Program-made: the position numbers and the translations under genes
In this document: positions 41,139-56,004 of the stretch, piece by piece
Layout of the letters: the number at the start of each line of letters is the position of its first letter
How positions within the stretch are numbered: position 1 is the first letter of the stretch
NCBI GenBank assembly: GCA_965153355.1
Contig: OZ231126.1
Span: forward strand, 36,146,001 to 36,210,000
DNA length: 64,000 bases
Direction of reading: 5' to 3'
Source of the DNA: Flaccisagitta enflata
Lineage: Eukaryota
Notes under the pieces: model-generated
Databases searched by the model: none
The model's input: the letters and a program-made list of their open reading frames with translations, nothing else
Told to the model about the DNA's origin: nothing

Positions 41139-42039
41139 GATAGAGATACAGGGAAACAGAGAGAGTCAATGAGCGAGACAGACAGAAAAGCTGACCATCA
41201 GACAGAACAAGAGACACTCAGACACAAAAAAATATACACACTAATAGACCGACAGGATGCCCTACTATTGCATCCACATTTTACACCCATGCCCCAAATG
41301 TTCAATGATGAAGCATATTATGAAGCATATGAAGCATATCACTAATAGGACAAAACTTTGTGATATTCACCATTACGTTGTTTTATCAAACTGTTCGCAA
41401 TGATAAACGCTGCAGTGCATTTAGTAAATGATAACAATTTCAAATAGGTAGGTTTTAACAAGCGTAATTTCAAAATCACCAATAATTTAAAGACAATCAA
41501 AAAGAAAAAGAAAAAATACTTTTGTCAATAGTGACCCAACGAAATCAGATTGAAATCACAGCTAGATACTCAAGTGAAGGCACAGCCGCACAGCTAACGA
41601 TTTCAGGCAAAAGATTACTTTTTAAGATGAATCACTGGGAAAAGGCCGCTACGGTTTACAAAAGAGAGGCACAGCACAGCACAACTTATATCCATAGTTA
41701 TTCTTAGTATGCATATTTTCCTTTACAGTTCAAGAAAAGACGTCCTTGTCCACGCACCATCTTTTACGTTTAAAAGAGGTGGTTGACCTGGCTTCTCATG
41801 AGCCTATGTCTACTTCGCACGATTTAATCTAAACTACTTCACCGAATCTCTTAGGTCTTGTGATCCGATACGGCAAATATGCAGGTTTTAATTTCTACAA
41901 AATGTATGTTTGCCATTGTAGACATTGTTTCCAATCGTGAAAGCGCGTTACTTGGCCCGATTTCGCGCGAGTTGTTCCATTCCTTCACAAGATCGTATCA
42001 TGCTTCACGAAAGCCGACGTCGACTTTTCCGTGGGCGCT

Positions 42040-42474
42040 TCATTGAGTTGACGGGGTCGCTTCGTCGTCATTTCCAGCGCTCTCGTCGACAACGACGGTG
42101 CAGCAAGCGTCGCTTTGGCAACTCTTCACGGGCTGTGGAGCCGGAATTTCGACGCAGCAAGCGGATCCTCGCTTGCGGCAAACTCGCATCATTTTGCCGG
42201 ATTTGGCTTTGGCGATCTTTCCCGTTACCACCTTGGAGGCCTTCGATGATCTGCAAGGCGTCGGGTTGATGTTGGCGTGTTGACGTTGATGAGCGAGTTG
42301 ATGCATGATTGCCTGCTCCATCTCGGGAGTAATGGTACCATCAAAAGGAACCATCTGGCGCGGTGTTGGGGCATGGCCATGACTGTGACCATGACTGTGA
42401 CCATGACTGTGACCATGAGAATGACCATGAGAATGATCGTGACCATGGCCTTGGTATTGATTAGGGTTATTCAT
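42040..42474 (-). CDS. Uncharacterised His-rich, Cys-containing small protein, copy 2 (144 aa)
   Basis: Start placed at the ATG homologous to copy 1 (aagaagATG). (HSHG)5 partly recoded as CAC AGT CAT GGT. Confidence 0.75.
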   Translation of the reverse strand: MNNPNQYQGHGHDHSHGHSHGHSHGHSHGHSHGHAPTPRQMVPFDGTITPEMEQAIMHQLAHQRQHANINPTPCRSSKASKVVTGKIAKAKSGKMMRVCRKRGSACCVEIPAPQPVKSCQSDACCTVVVDESAGNDDEATPSTQ

Positions 42475-42748
42475 CTTCTTGTCAAAGCAGAAAAAGTTAT
42501 CTCTTTTAAATGCTCTTTTGTTTTGTTTTGTTTTATTTTGTTTCGTTGTGTTAGGTTTGTTTTTTTCATTCAATTAGTTTCTAACAAAAGTTGACGATCG
42601 CCTGTAAAATACTAAACAAAACATGAGAATGAATCTTTGGCAAGATCAAACGTTATAATGAAAAAAAAAATCAAAAAAGAGGTCGCCAACTCAACAAATA
42701 CATCCAATCTTGTTTTATTTCAATTTTATAGAAAACCATTTGAGCACC

Positions 42749-42804
<56 letters not shown>

Positions 42805-45804
42805 CGCGTGCGTGTGTGTTTGTCTATCTGTCTATCTGTCTGTCTGACTGCCTGTGTCTGTGTGTGTATTTGTATGTGGGTCGAGACCGACAGACGGACA
42901 AACCCTCTTAAAGAGTTGCTAGTCCGTGACTAAAGAGTTGATTTTGAGGCCGACATATTGCATATCACTGCCCCTGCCGACCCGCATGCAGTAAGAAGCA
43001 TGTTTGGCCTTGTTCCCTTCAAAATGGTAAAAAGTTAGGGCATCATCAAAAAAGGTAACATGTTCTTTTTAGTCACGTGCTACGCGACTCTACACCCCGC
43101 TTTGTCCGTCCTTCCATCCATCCGGCCATCTGTCTGTCGGTTGGTCGGTCACGTTTTACTTTTTTATGGTTTTTATTCCTTGACCTCGCTGCTCCTGCCC
43201 AAATGCTCTATTGACCTCAAATATGGCCCCTGACCAACCGCACGCGACTGGGGTAGCCGTGTATCCAGCCTCGTTGGATTATTACATGATCCGATTATGG
43301 AGGACTAACTAGGTCCCATGAGCTATGCTTCAACATGGTAAAGCTCAACTGGGCAAGTTTGAGGTCAAAATGTTCCCGTCATCTCTATTCTAACAAGGCC
43401 GGATACAAGGTCACCAAAGTCGCGTGCGGGTGGGCAGAGGTAAGAGGACCAGAGATAGAAAAGAACGCCCGCAACGCCGAAAAATCAAAGTGTTCCCAAA
43501 CAACCAATGGGCGTACAAACGAACCGACAGACAGACCGATCGGCATAGCGGGTTTGGGAGTCGCGAGCTTACAATTGTTTGTCGTGCGCACGCGACTCTT
43601 TAATTCGCTTTGACCCTGTGGTCATTCCAAGACAGTCCTTTGGCAACTCTTTGCCCTGCGGCATTAACGGGCGGTATTTGCGTCCCTGCCCCTGCCCAGG
43701 AGTTCACCCTCATGAGACTTGCCGTATCTAAGACACTCTTATTTCCGGAAACCGACAAGACCCAAAACAAATAAGCAGCATGCAGTAATCACAAAATGAC
43801 TCAAATGTATCTGACATCAGAATTTAAGATTCCCCGCTGTATGGAATGAAATTCACTAAGTGTGATCTTAGCTACTACTTTGCATGCTAGATTAGAAACA
43901 GAGACGGATAAACAGTTAGGCACTCCGGTAGACTGACACACAAATAGGCCGAAGTACAGAATAGTAAACAAATCGACAACTCAAAAACACAGGCAAATTG
44001 TAGTGGTGATAATACCAAAAAGTCAATGATCCTTTTATTTGGGATATAAATTGAAAAAGATGAATGAATGTATGAAAAGATAGGTCATTGATACCTTCAT
44101 AGATGCGAACCTTTGCTAAGTGACAAGCTAAGACCCTTCTATCTAAAGAAATTCACTGTAATTGACATTACATTTTTTTTACGTGAATTTAAAGTTTGCT
44201 GATTTGAGTGACCGAGCCAAGAGTCTTCACTGTTCATATTGAAAATCAATGGTAAACATACAAAGTCAGTTCTATTGTTCTTCCGTTGCATCTGTTTTAT
44301 ATTTTCATTAAAAACAAAACAAAAAGGAATTTATCGATTTTCGGTGCCGTCACGTCATTCCCAACATTTTCTCTCTCTGAAAATCAATAATTAACTACAT
44401 CTAGAATTTCTATTTCTTTTCCATTTCTTCCATTGCTTCTAAGCGTCTCTTCCACACGACTAGAGCGATAAAAAGACACGAGAGAAACAAAACAAGTTTG
44501 AGATCGATTGCCGTCGCAATCAAGTCAAAGCAAAATCTGGCAATCCCAAAAAAGGATGTCGCTTCAATTTTTTTTTACTCCGACATTCCCAAAAAGGGAG
44601 GTGGTTCCCATTTCATTCCGGCATTCCCAAAAAAGGACAAATTTTCAATTCTATTCCATTATCTTCCATGGCGCCCATTTCATAATCTACGAACATCAAT
44701 CCATTATCGTACATTACAGTTACACCCCGCTTTGATGGATACAAGAGAAATGGAAATCCATTAACAATGGATAAAAGTGCATGACTTTTCTGTGTTATCT
44801 GATTTTGTTTTCGTATTGGTAAAGACATGAACCCATCAAACACAAGCAAAGTCTTATAATGCCTGGACATCCGTCATTGAGAGGTATAACTGTAGGTCAT
44901 AATTAACTACATCGGCGCAAAGATGCCGAACTGATCTCCGACATTCCCGAAAAAAAGGGAAAGCAAAAGCGCATATAGAGAGAAAGCGAGTCATATGATA
45001 GGATTAAAGGGAATCAAATGGACGTAAAAAAATGGAGATGCTTGCACAGAAATCAACGCCTCCGCCATCTGTTCGGATTACGTCATCCTTTCAAGAGGTG
45101 CACATCTTAGTGATCGAAGATGACTCGATGCCACACTGTGATTGTGACAATATGTTATTACGATAATGATAATTTCAATTAGAAAGTATTGAGCGGATTC
45201 AGCTGCCACTGCCAACCGTTGGGACATCTTTCACTACTACACCGCAAACAAAACAGTACACAATTTAAGGAAAAGGCTACAACGTGAAGTATGAGCAACA
45301 ATTGTTTCTGATTCCATTTGATTCGTACTTGACTATCGAGTCACGTTTGAGTCATCATTCGTCGGGAATTGCGCACAATGATTTGGTCATCTTTTAAGAG
45401 GCGTATCAACGTCAAAAACGTGTACAATGTTCCATCTACCAAAAACCTTCCGTTTCTAAAGGCCTCCACATATTTGCAATACTCAAATGGCTTGGAAGTC
45501 AGTGAATTTAGAACGCGAATTTTTTCCTTCAAGTTTGACCAGTATTTGGCTTTTTTGATGCCTTGTCTTGGAAGTTGAATAGTTTTATAAAATCACCGTG
45601 ATCAAAGCCAAACAAAAAAGTTCGAGTTCTAGACCCACTGGAAAATGTCTTTAAAAAAACCCGCATCCAACAAACAGTCTCATCTTCCCACGAGTTACGT
45701 ACATCTGAGCTTACAGTCAAAGATTTTTTTTCTTTCCGTCATCCATCAATGAAATCCTTGTTATTGCGCTGGCTCGCCGCCTCCGCGCCTCTTTCCTCTC
45801 ACCT

Positions 45805-46880
45805 CTAATAATCTCGATCTCTTCCTCTTCCTCTTCCGCCGCCTCCTCTGCCGCCTCCTCTTTCCGATCTTTCCTCGCCATAATCGAGCACGACGTCTCG
45901 ACCTCCGATGGCGGTGCCACTCATGGAGTTGAAGGCGTTCATGGCGTCGTCGGGCGTCTCAAACTCCACGTAGCCGAAACCTTTGATTCTGCCATCGAAT
46001 CTGAGCGGAAGTCGGGCCTGTTTGGCGCCGAACGCGGATCTCAGCGAATCCTCGTCGATGGAAAAAGGCAAATTGCCCACGAAAAGGGTTCTGGTGACCC
46101 CTTCCAAATCCTTTCGCGTCACGTAGCTGTTGCCACCACCTCGGCCTCGACCACCTCCGCGACCACCACGGCTGCCGGAGCGGGAACGATCGGCGCTACC
46201 AAAGCCACCACCACCGCCGCCTCCTCTTCCTCTTCCTCCTCCTCCTCCCGCTCCATCTCTCTCCTCGTTGTAATCGAGAATGAGATCGCGGCCTTTGACG
46301 CTGGTGCCATTCATGTTATTGAATGCATCAGATGCCTCATCGGGAGTGTTGAATTCCATGTAACCTGTACATGAATTTTAAAAATATGATTTAACGAAGT
46401 CAAAAGAAATAATGAAATGGAATGTTACCATCATAAACCCCTGTCACATACCAGTGACAATCTATCATCAGCAATGTCTCTGCGCATTCTCTCTCCTACA
46501 AGAAAACATCAGAGTAGGTCAGCATATGGGCCCTCTGGATCGTTCAGCTGACCGACCGGCCAACCGACTGACAGAACCTCTGTCAGACATGCCTGGATGA
46601 TGCACATCGCACTTTCAAGTAAGGGTTTGGTAAGTTAACACCAATATTCACTCAGTAAGATTTCTTCGCACTCACCGAAGCCCTTGAGTCTACCATCTTC
46701 CCAGACCGGGAGTCGGGCGGATTGGCAGCCGAAAGCGGAAATCAGTTCTTCCTCTTCGATGGTCCACGGCAAGTTCTTGACAAAGAGAGTTCTGGTGATC
46801 CCTTCCAAATCCAATCTGGGTTCGCGATCGTAACCACCGCGACCACGCCCACGTCCACGTCCGCGTCCACGATCACCCAT
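45805..46880 (-). CDS. Two-RRM, RGG-rich RNA-binding protein, copy 2; exons 46676-46880 and 45805-46364, 254 aa
   Basis: Same exon structure, splice sites and RNP motifs as copy 1; ORF intact. Confidence 0.93.
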
Positions 46881-48519
46881 TTTTGTGGTTGGTTTGTATG
46901 AGCTGAAGACGCTTCGTGCGAATGTCGATCTCTGCAAAGGCAAAGAGGCTGTTTAGAATTGGGCCGGATTCATGACAGGCAGAGACGCTTCAAAGGTGAT
47001 TTGGGGCATTTAAGGCGATTTAACTAATGTCCAATATGTACGTTTTACAGATGTAGGAACCCACCAATCGATGAGCAAACTGACCAAGAGTAAGAGTGGG
47101 AAATGAGTCGGTTGGTAGACTCAAGTATCCTGTGGCACTAACCTTTTGATCAGGAAGATCCTTTTAGGTTGAAATGTTCTGAACGCCGGGCTTCAATGTT
47201 TTGATCTCAATCTGAATTTTCTTTATAAGTTTTCTCGATAAGTTTTTCTTTTTTCTTTTTTTTTTTCTCAAATAAACTGCGAGTATCTGTAATTAGAATA
47301 ATTCTCCGATATAGTAATTCGGTAAAATTACATGGAACATAGCATGGTCAAGTAATTGTGCAGGTGAAAACAAAATTTGACATATATACGTTAGAAATTC
47401 ACGCTAATTTTCTAGAAAAATAACGAAGATAAACTTAACTCAGTGCATAACATTGATATCAATGAAAAATTGCCGCTATCTCGGGACGCAAATTCTTGAA
47501 TTTTGTTTCATTTTCTGCTAAAATTTCATCTATAATTATGATTTTATGAGATTTATATCATCAATCTCCTTCCTAACAATAATGCATTGCAATGATTTCA
47601 TAACAACCGTATCAGCAAGTCGAATATTGTCAACATTTACACAATGACTTAATACTAATCAGTAACAACGCACAGGTACATTCAAAACACAATGAGACGA
47701 TATCAAAGGTTTTCATCAAAAATGAATTCAACGGCAATAGGAAAAAATATAAGCTAGTATAAAAAAAACAGGTTCTAGCTATAACTATGAAAGTGAAAAG
47801 GGGCACTTGAATAATGAGTTTTCGCTAAAGACCTACAAGCTCAATATTGAGATATCAACGTTATCAAACCCTATATGGGGAAAATGTAAATGTACAGTCA
47901 AAAGGGCATGTCTGTTTTTCAAAGCATCTAGCCGGATGAAAATCGGCGACTTGTTCCAAAAATCAAAAATGTAAAATCAAAAATATTGTGCATGAAAGTT
48001 CAATACGTGAATTTTAAATCAGACTCGCTTGAAAGAGACACACAATAAACAAGGCCGGATACACGGCTACCCTAGTCGCGTGCGGGTGGGCAGGGGCTGT
48101 ATTTGAGGTCACTTGATCATTTGGGCAGGAGCAGTGAGGCCAAAGACCTAAAAAACCCCAAAAAAGTCAAGTGTGACAGACAGACCGAGGGACGGACCGA
48201 GGGACGGACCGACAAAGCAGAGTGTGGAGTCGCGTAGCACGCGACATTTGGAAGAAAGGCTGTAAAGCCATTGCCCCACGCTGGTAAAGATGAACAAAAT
48301 TGAAAACGTTCCTACTAACTTGGTTAGGAAAATGAAGCATGATGTAAATCAAATTCAACGATGCAAACATACTGACCAGTGACCACCAATGAGTTACAGA
48401 GTTCTGTGCACACAACAAAATTGTAAAAGTAATTTGTTGTAAAAGGTCTTGGAAGTGCGGCCTACTACTCAATGGTCATTTTAAAATAATTCATAAACTT
48501 GTTGGTTCTTTACGTCCTA

Positions 48520-51500
48520 ATCCACTGACACTAACCACTTCTCTTTACCACTCAACTTTTCCATCAAAAGAACATTTTTTCTGCCTACTCAACACTCATT
48601 CCCACCTGTTCTACCAACTCTATCATTTTACCACTTTCTCATCTCTCATTTCCACTTTATCCACTAACACCTTTAACTCCATCTTGATTGTTACTTCCAC
48701 CTACCCACACTAGCACCTCTTTACGACTACTCGTGAACTCAACAATTTTACCGTCATCTCAACTCTTGTTCTTCAATCTTCATACTCCACCAACTCTGTA
48801 ACCCACACATACTGACCTATTCCACCATCTCAGCATTTACACCAGCACCTCAAGTCCTCAACACTTATCAACACTAAGTCTATCCTCCCACCAACTCATT
48901 GTACGTCTACAACCATCTTTTTACTTTTCAGTCTCCTACATGGTATCAACACCTACAGCACAATCACCACACCTGTTGGCACCTTTCCTATAAACTCAGT
49001 TTTTTTACCACAATCCTTATGCTCTTAGCCTTTTATTCCACTAGCAAAACCTTCTTATCATCGTCTCAACACATATTTCCACCAACTTAACTGTTTGACT
49101 ACAATCGTATTCCAGCACTCCGCCGACATACCAAATTCATCACCATCTTACCACTTGTTTCCATCTACTCCACTAACTTAACTCTTGTACCACCATCCAA
49201 ACACTTTTTTCCACTTACTACATCAAATCAACTCATTTGTCACTGCTCATCTACTTCAACATCTACACCAACTTCTCAGGATTTATGTTCTCCTTCTCCA
49301 AAAACTAAACACTCACACTACCATTTAACACTTTTTGCAACCTACTTCATCAACTGTTTCACCAAACTGTTTTTCCAGGCTCCTCACTATCATCTCGACA
49401 CTTATCACTTGTACCACCAACCTGACACTTCAGTGCACCAACCTCACCAACTACACTTTTTCGCCACAGGCTTATTCCACTTCTCCACAATTCAACACTT
49501 TTATTATCAACTCATAACTTCCTTTCACCTACTCCACTTACTGAACTGTTTGACCACAAACTTTTTCTGCTTTAACACAAAGTCAATAATTTCAACACCA
49601 TATCACATACTTCTCTCTATTCCATCAACTCAACTGCCTCACCACAATCCTCTCTACACTTAAACACATTTACCACTATCCCAACACTTACTCATACTAA
49701 ACCAACTCAACTGTTTTACCACAATCTTTTTCCATTAACCACTAATTCAGCACTTTCACCACCATATTACTTACCTCAACCTACCCCAACTCAACTATTT
49801 TGCCATAATTCCTTCAAAAACTCAACACTCACTTCCATATCTTAACTGTTTTGCCACAATCTCTTCCACAACTCAACACTTACACCACCATCTCAACACT
49901 TCCTACCACCTACTCCACCGACTCAACGGTTTTGCCATCGCAACACTTTCTTCCAGCCACTTAACCAACTCAACTGTTTTGCAACAATCTCTTCCACAAC
50001 TCAACACTTTCACCACCAATTCAACACTTGCTTCCACCGACTCCACCAATTCAGCTGTTTGACCAAAATCTCCTCCACAACTCAACATTTCACTACCATT
50101 CAACACTTACTTCACTTACTTCCATGTAATCAATTGTTCTGCCATTAATGGTTTCACAATCAACTAAGGTGTTCAATTATTCAATTTTACTTCACTTATT
50201 ACCAATCTTGAATTGCTTGCCAAAATTTCTCCACAACTCAACACTCTTTCACCAACTATCTTCAACACTTACTTCACTTACCTATCAACTTCCAATTGTT
50301 TTATGTGACTCCTCTACAACTTCAACACTTTTCACTACCATTTTAACTCTTCATTTATCTACTCTACCACTCCAACTTTTTAGCCACAATCTCCTCCACA
50401 ACTCAACACTTTCACCACCATCTCAACACTTACTTCCACCTACTCCATCAACTCAACTGTTTTGCTAAAATCTCCTCCACAACTCAACACTTTCACCACC
50501 ATCTCAACCTTCACTTCCATCTACTCCACCAATTCTACTTTTTAGCCACAATCTCCTCCACAACTCAACATTTTCACCACCATCTCAACACTTACTTCCA
50601 CCTTCTCCATCAACTCAACTGTTTTGCCAATATCTCCTCCACAACTTAACACTTTCATCACCAACGTGAACACTCACTGCACCCACTCCACCACCCGTTT
50701 AGCTAAAATTCCTCCACAACTCAACACTTCACCACCATCTCAACACTTACTTCCACCTACTCCATCAACTCAACTGTTTTGCCAAAATCTACGTATCCCA
50801 GTATCGCAACTGTTTTGCCACAATCTTCTCCACAACTTAACATTTTCACAAACACCAATTCAGCTGTTTTGCCAAAATCCTCCACAACTCAACATTTTCA
50901 CCACCATTGCAACACTTACTTCCGCCTACTCCACCAACTCAATAGTTTCGCCACAATCTCCTCAACATTTCAGTACTTACACCACCATCTCAACACTTAC
51001 CTCCACCTACTCAACTCAACAAACTCAACTGTTTTGCCACAATCTCCTCCATAACTCAACGCTAACACCACCATCTCAACTGTTTTGCCAAACTCTCCTC
51101 CGCAACTCAACGCTTTCACCACTATCTCAACGTTTACTTCTACGTATCCCAGTATCGCAACTGTTTTGCCACAATCTTCTCCACAACTTAACATTTTCAC
51201 AAACACCACTTCAGCTGTTTTGCCAAAATCCTCCACAACTCAACATTTTCACCACCATTGCAACACTTACTTCCGCCTACTCCACCAACTCAATAGTTTC
51301 GCCACAATCTCCTCAACATTTCAGTACTTACACCACCATCTCAACACTTACCTCCACCTACTCAACGAACTCAACTGTTTTGCCACAATCTCCTCCATAA
51401 CTCAACGCTAACGCCATCATCTCAACTGTTTTGCCACACTCTCCTCTGCAACTCAACGCTTTCACCACCATATCAACGTTTACTTCTACGTATTTCAGTA

Positions 51501-53080
51501 TCGCAACTGTTTTGCCACAATCTTCTCCACAACTTAACATTTTCACAAACATCTCAAACTCACCACCATCTTAACACTTACTTCCATCTACTACACAACA
51601 AGGCCGGATACACGGCTACCCTTATGTCGCGTGCGGTGGCAGGAGCAGTGCTGAGAAGGTCATGAAATATTTACAGGAGCAGTAGGCTCAAATAGCTCAA
51701 AACGCCGAAAAAGTAACCAGACGCCCACCGACTGACCAACCGGATTCGATCGACGATCTCTACCTCAGATCCGACTGACTGACTGACCGATCGCATCGGC
51801 GGACTCCAGACACAGCGGGTGTAGGGTCGTTGCAGCACGCGACTAAAAACTGTTTCAACAAAATCTTTTCCCACTTCCACTAGCTCGACATTTTCACTAC
51901 TATCTCAATTGTTTCGCAAGAATCTCTTTCCATTGCTCCACTTATTCAACACTCTCACCATCATCTCGACACTTACTTCCAACTGTATTACCAACTCACC
52001 TGTTGCTCCAAAATCTTTCAGCACTGCTCAACAAATTCAACACATTCATCATCATCTAAGCACTAACATCAACGTATACTACCAGCTTCTCACTCAGAAC
52101 AACATGTAACATCTCAACACTAATTTCTATCTTCTGTACCAATCTGTTTCCACATGTCCTTTATTAAACACTTTCCACATCGTCACAACACTTATATCCA
52201 CCTATCCCACCATCTCCAACACTTGTACCAGCATGTCAACACTTGTTCCACCATCTCAACACTTACCTCACCAACTCAATTGTTTCACCACATAATTTTT
52301 CCATTCCGTTACTAATTCAAGAATTTCACCATCTCAAAACTTATCTCCATCTACTCTATCAACTGTTCAACCATACCACTACGCAATTGTTTTGCCACAA
52401 TTTTTTTCCACTTAAGCAGGGCCAAGGTAACGCTTTGCTATCTTTTGACTGCTATTTCACTTCCACCAAACACTCATATTACCACCTTTCAAACACTTTT
52501 ACCACCTCTTACACGAGCTTTTACCACCATCTCAGCAATTATCTTATCTACTTCGCTGACTTAACCCATCTACCATCAACTGATAAGCTGATTTCACCTT
52601 CTCTGCCAACTTTACATCTGTGCCAACATCTGTGGCATCTGTGCCATCTGTGCCAACATCTTTGTCACCTTTATCTCCTTCTCAGCACTAATTTCCATAT
52701 CATCCATCGATTGAAGATATCCAACACTATCTCAAGACTCTTTACAGCTCCCACACCAACTTATACCACCATCAAAGCGTTTACTCCAACTCTCTACACT
52801 GACTCAACACTTATACCATCACCTGATCATCTTTACTGACCTGCTCTCTATTTTCACCTTCTCTGGAATTTCACCACTATCTCAACATTTTTTGCCATCT
52901 CTTACACCAACACAACAATTCTGCCATCATCGCTGGACACTCATGTAAACCTACTTTACTCATACATTCTTCTCGGCCAACTTTTTCTCATCTATAATCA
53001 TCTCAAATCAACACTAATACGCATCTAATAAAACATTCTAATTCTCACATTCATCCCATTCAATACCAACTCACCACCAA
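48520..53080. repeat. 81-bp satellite, copy 2 (complete array, both edges degenerate)
   Basis: Same unit; includes a ~360-bp internal duplication (50788-51147 vs 51141-51500). Confidence 0.9.
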
Positions 53081-54224
53081 CTAATATGGCATAACAAAAC
53101 GGGGCCGCATTATTAGTTATAGTTGCATGCAGGGCGGGTCTAATGCAGTTGTTGAGCAGAATAATGATGAAAGGGCTGCTCACATATTGGCCGTCAGGAC
53201 GCAAAAAAAATAAGAATGGAAATCTTACATATCAAATTTCTGTGCCAAAAAAGCATCTTTAGCTTGCAGAGGGTTAAGATATATAATCTACCATTATAAG
53301 CCGCAATGAAGTGGTTTGAAATAAAATTGCGACCAAGCAAATCAGTCATTATGTTTCTTCATTGGCGATACTGACTGATGAGTAGATGATACGAATGATC
53401 GACGAACTGGCCGGTTTAAAAAGGATAGGCTACAAACTTTTAATGGCGTACACAAAAAAGCTATGGGAGGAGAGTCTAATTAATACAATTGGTAGTTATT
53501 CAGTCATTGGACAAACCAGTGTTGATGCATGCTTGGATAAATATTTTCCACATGTAAAGGTATTTAAATTTTATGTTTTTTTTATTATTTTGCTGGAATG
53601 GGCCAAAATAACAATAATGTACAACACTGTAAAAACAGTCATTTTCTTTAAAAAACCAAATTTGTAGATTCTCTTATATATCCATGAGTGCAAAAGCAAT
53701 ATTTCAAAAACTTGATAACCATGCAGGTGGTGATTGACACTAAACGGTTGGAAAATCATTTGCTGTTTAAAATTCTTCTTTGCTGTTATTGAGATCAGTT
53801 TAGCTTGCTGATGTTTCACTTTAAGTATTTAAATCAACTGAAAATATCTTAGCATTTTATACACCAAAACTGTTTTATCCACTGACTGTAATAGCCTCAG
53901 CATTGCAAAAAAAAATTGAGAAGCTTTTTTCAGCGGACCTCCATTGTTTCCTACTCAGAATGACGCTCCCTTTTTTCCGTCATTGCTGCTGCAGAGTTGA
54001 GTAGCGTTTTATAATTGTTTCACTGAAGAATTAGTCTGTTTTGTTTTTCAGATGATCAATGCGTCATTTTTTCCTCTTTTCATTTTTGTTCAACACCCAC
54101 CATTTTCATTCGACCTGACATAAAGAATGTTGATTTCGATTTTCACAACGAATAAAAATTCATCGCTGGTTGAAACATAAAGGGCAGAAAAAGAAAGAGA
54201 AAAAGTGAGAGAAAAAGAGAGAGA

Positions 54225-54293
<69 letters not shown>

Positions 54294-54460
54294 GCCTAAC
54301 ACAGAGAGACAGAATGAACGAAAGACGGAAAGACAAACAGCAACAGGGAGAATGAAAGGGACAGAAAAGTAAATGCAAGATGAGAAAAGAACATCTTCAT
54401 CTCAATGGGAATAGAGGTACAACATGTGTCATATCGATGAAGTGATGAAGCATTTGTGTG

Positions 54461-54496
<36 letters not shown>

Positions 54497-54515
54497 ACAC
54501 ACGTACGTGCAGTAC

Positions 54516-54549
<34 letters not shown>

Positions 54550-54560
54550 TATTACACATA

Positions 54561-54592
<32 letters not shown>

Positions 54593-54949
54593 TTAATAAT
54601 ATTGGCTGGTCACACACACACACACACACACACATACAACACACACATTATTCTGCGACCAGTAATTGTCTAGTCATTCTAAGTGATCGTATGGTCAGCA
54701 GGTACTGATGCCTCTTTCTTGAGCTGACCACAATATGCTTTTGACAAATAAGATAGCCTGCATGTCAATTACTCATAAGACGCAATGGCTTATGAATTTC
54801 CAGATACTGAGTTGTTGCCTTAATATTTATTCATATATTTTTGAGGGCTGATTTAGATTGTTGGGAGAGTAACACAACATATAAGTGCCTGGACAGGTAA
54901 TTAACACAATAAATCAAAGTCTTGGAACTCATATTATATGCTTAAGAGA

Positions 54950-55180
54950 GCAAATTTGAGACCATATTTGAGGTCAGAGCCGGAATATAAGCTCAAGAGA
55001 ACTGATTTTAGACCTAAGAAGGCTGATTTTGGGCCTGAGAGGGCTGATTCAGGGTTTGCCAAATGGGGGAGGGGACAAACAAACATAGAGGGAGGTTACA
55101 AACAGACATATTGACAGATATCTAAAAATTCACCCCTGTGTCTTACAGGACATGAGTCCTTTGGGGCCGCTGCCCAAAAA
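54950..55180 (-). mobile_element. Partial family B element
   Basis: ggggccgctgcccaaaaa terminus, aattcacccctgtgtcttacaggac, decayed 21-bp units. Confidence 0.7.
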
Positions 55181-55238
55181 CCATGTCATTACTCACCAGC
55201 GAGCACGCAAAAGAATCCTGAGTTGTGTTTTTATTCCA

Positions 55239-55336
55239 TCACAAATGCGACTATCTTGAAAGATTTGTTTCTGTATCATTCATCGTGTCACAAATGCGAC
55301 TATCTTGAAAGATTTGTTTCTGTATCATTCATCGTG
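55239..55336. repeat. Perfect 49-bp tandem duplication
   Basis: TCACAAATGCGACTATCTTGAAAGATTTGTTTCTGTATCATTCATCGTG x2. Confidence 0.95.
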
Positions 55337-55347
55337 TTTCAGGGCGG

Positions 55348-55383
<36 letters not shown>

Positions 55384-55385
<2 letters not shown>

Positions 55386-55536
55386 ATTCATCGTGTAAAT
55401 CGTCGTCATCACAGTCATAATAATAGTCATCGACCCAAATTTCAGGAGATTCCACATAGGCGTCATAGAAGCAAGTACGAATGCCGCCCAACTCGAGGAT
55501 CGCCATATTCCGCCACATGTCACATTCGTCGCACAT
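55384..55536 (-). CDS. Tentative 50-aa acidic ORF MCDECDMWRNMAILELGGIRTCFYDAYVESPEIWVDDYYYDCDDDDLHDE, inside a putative exon 55197-55548
   Basis: Acceptor ttcctgtttacctttcag| at 55549, Kozak-like GCCGCCAAG-ATG, donor CTG|GTGAGT at 55197/55196. No second copy to test selection. Confidence 0.3.
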
Positions 55537-55683
55537 CTTGGCGGCAGTCTGAAAGGTAAACAGGAACCGACGGTAGGCTAAAATTGTCATGTGCGATTGA
55601 GCAAAGGTACGACGTGCGAAGCGAGGAGCCTCACAACACCGAGAAAGCGCCACCTTTGTCAAAACTGCGGCTTTGGGCCCGTC

Positions 55684-55721
<38 letters not shown>

Positions 55722-55725
55722 CTCT

Positions 55726-55785
<60 letters not shown>

Positions 55786-56004
55786 GCTGGCATATTGTGT
55801 AAGCGGTTCTCCATTTGTAAGATTCGATCATTTTGTTCTCTACGGCTACGCATCTAGGCCTCTCTGAAACAGTTGGTTGGTCGATCCGTTTGCTCTCTGC
55901 ATGTTTAAAAAGTGTGTGTTAAAAGCTTGCTTCATGCTTGTGAATAGGTACTAATCCTTTTTTCACGTGTTTGTTAGTTGTTTGGTTAGACAGTTGATTA
56001 CAAC

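Noticed and set aside
53365..53415. Hammerhead-like core CTGATGA-GTA..TAC-GAA
   Set aside because: GAAT instead of GAAA, and no stem III or cleavage triplet can be formed.
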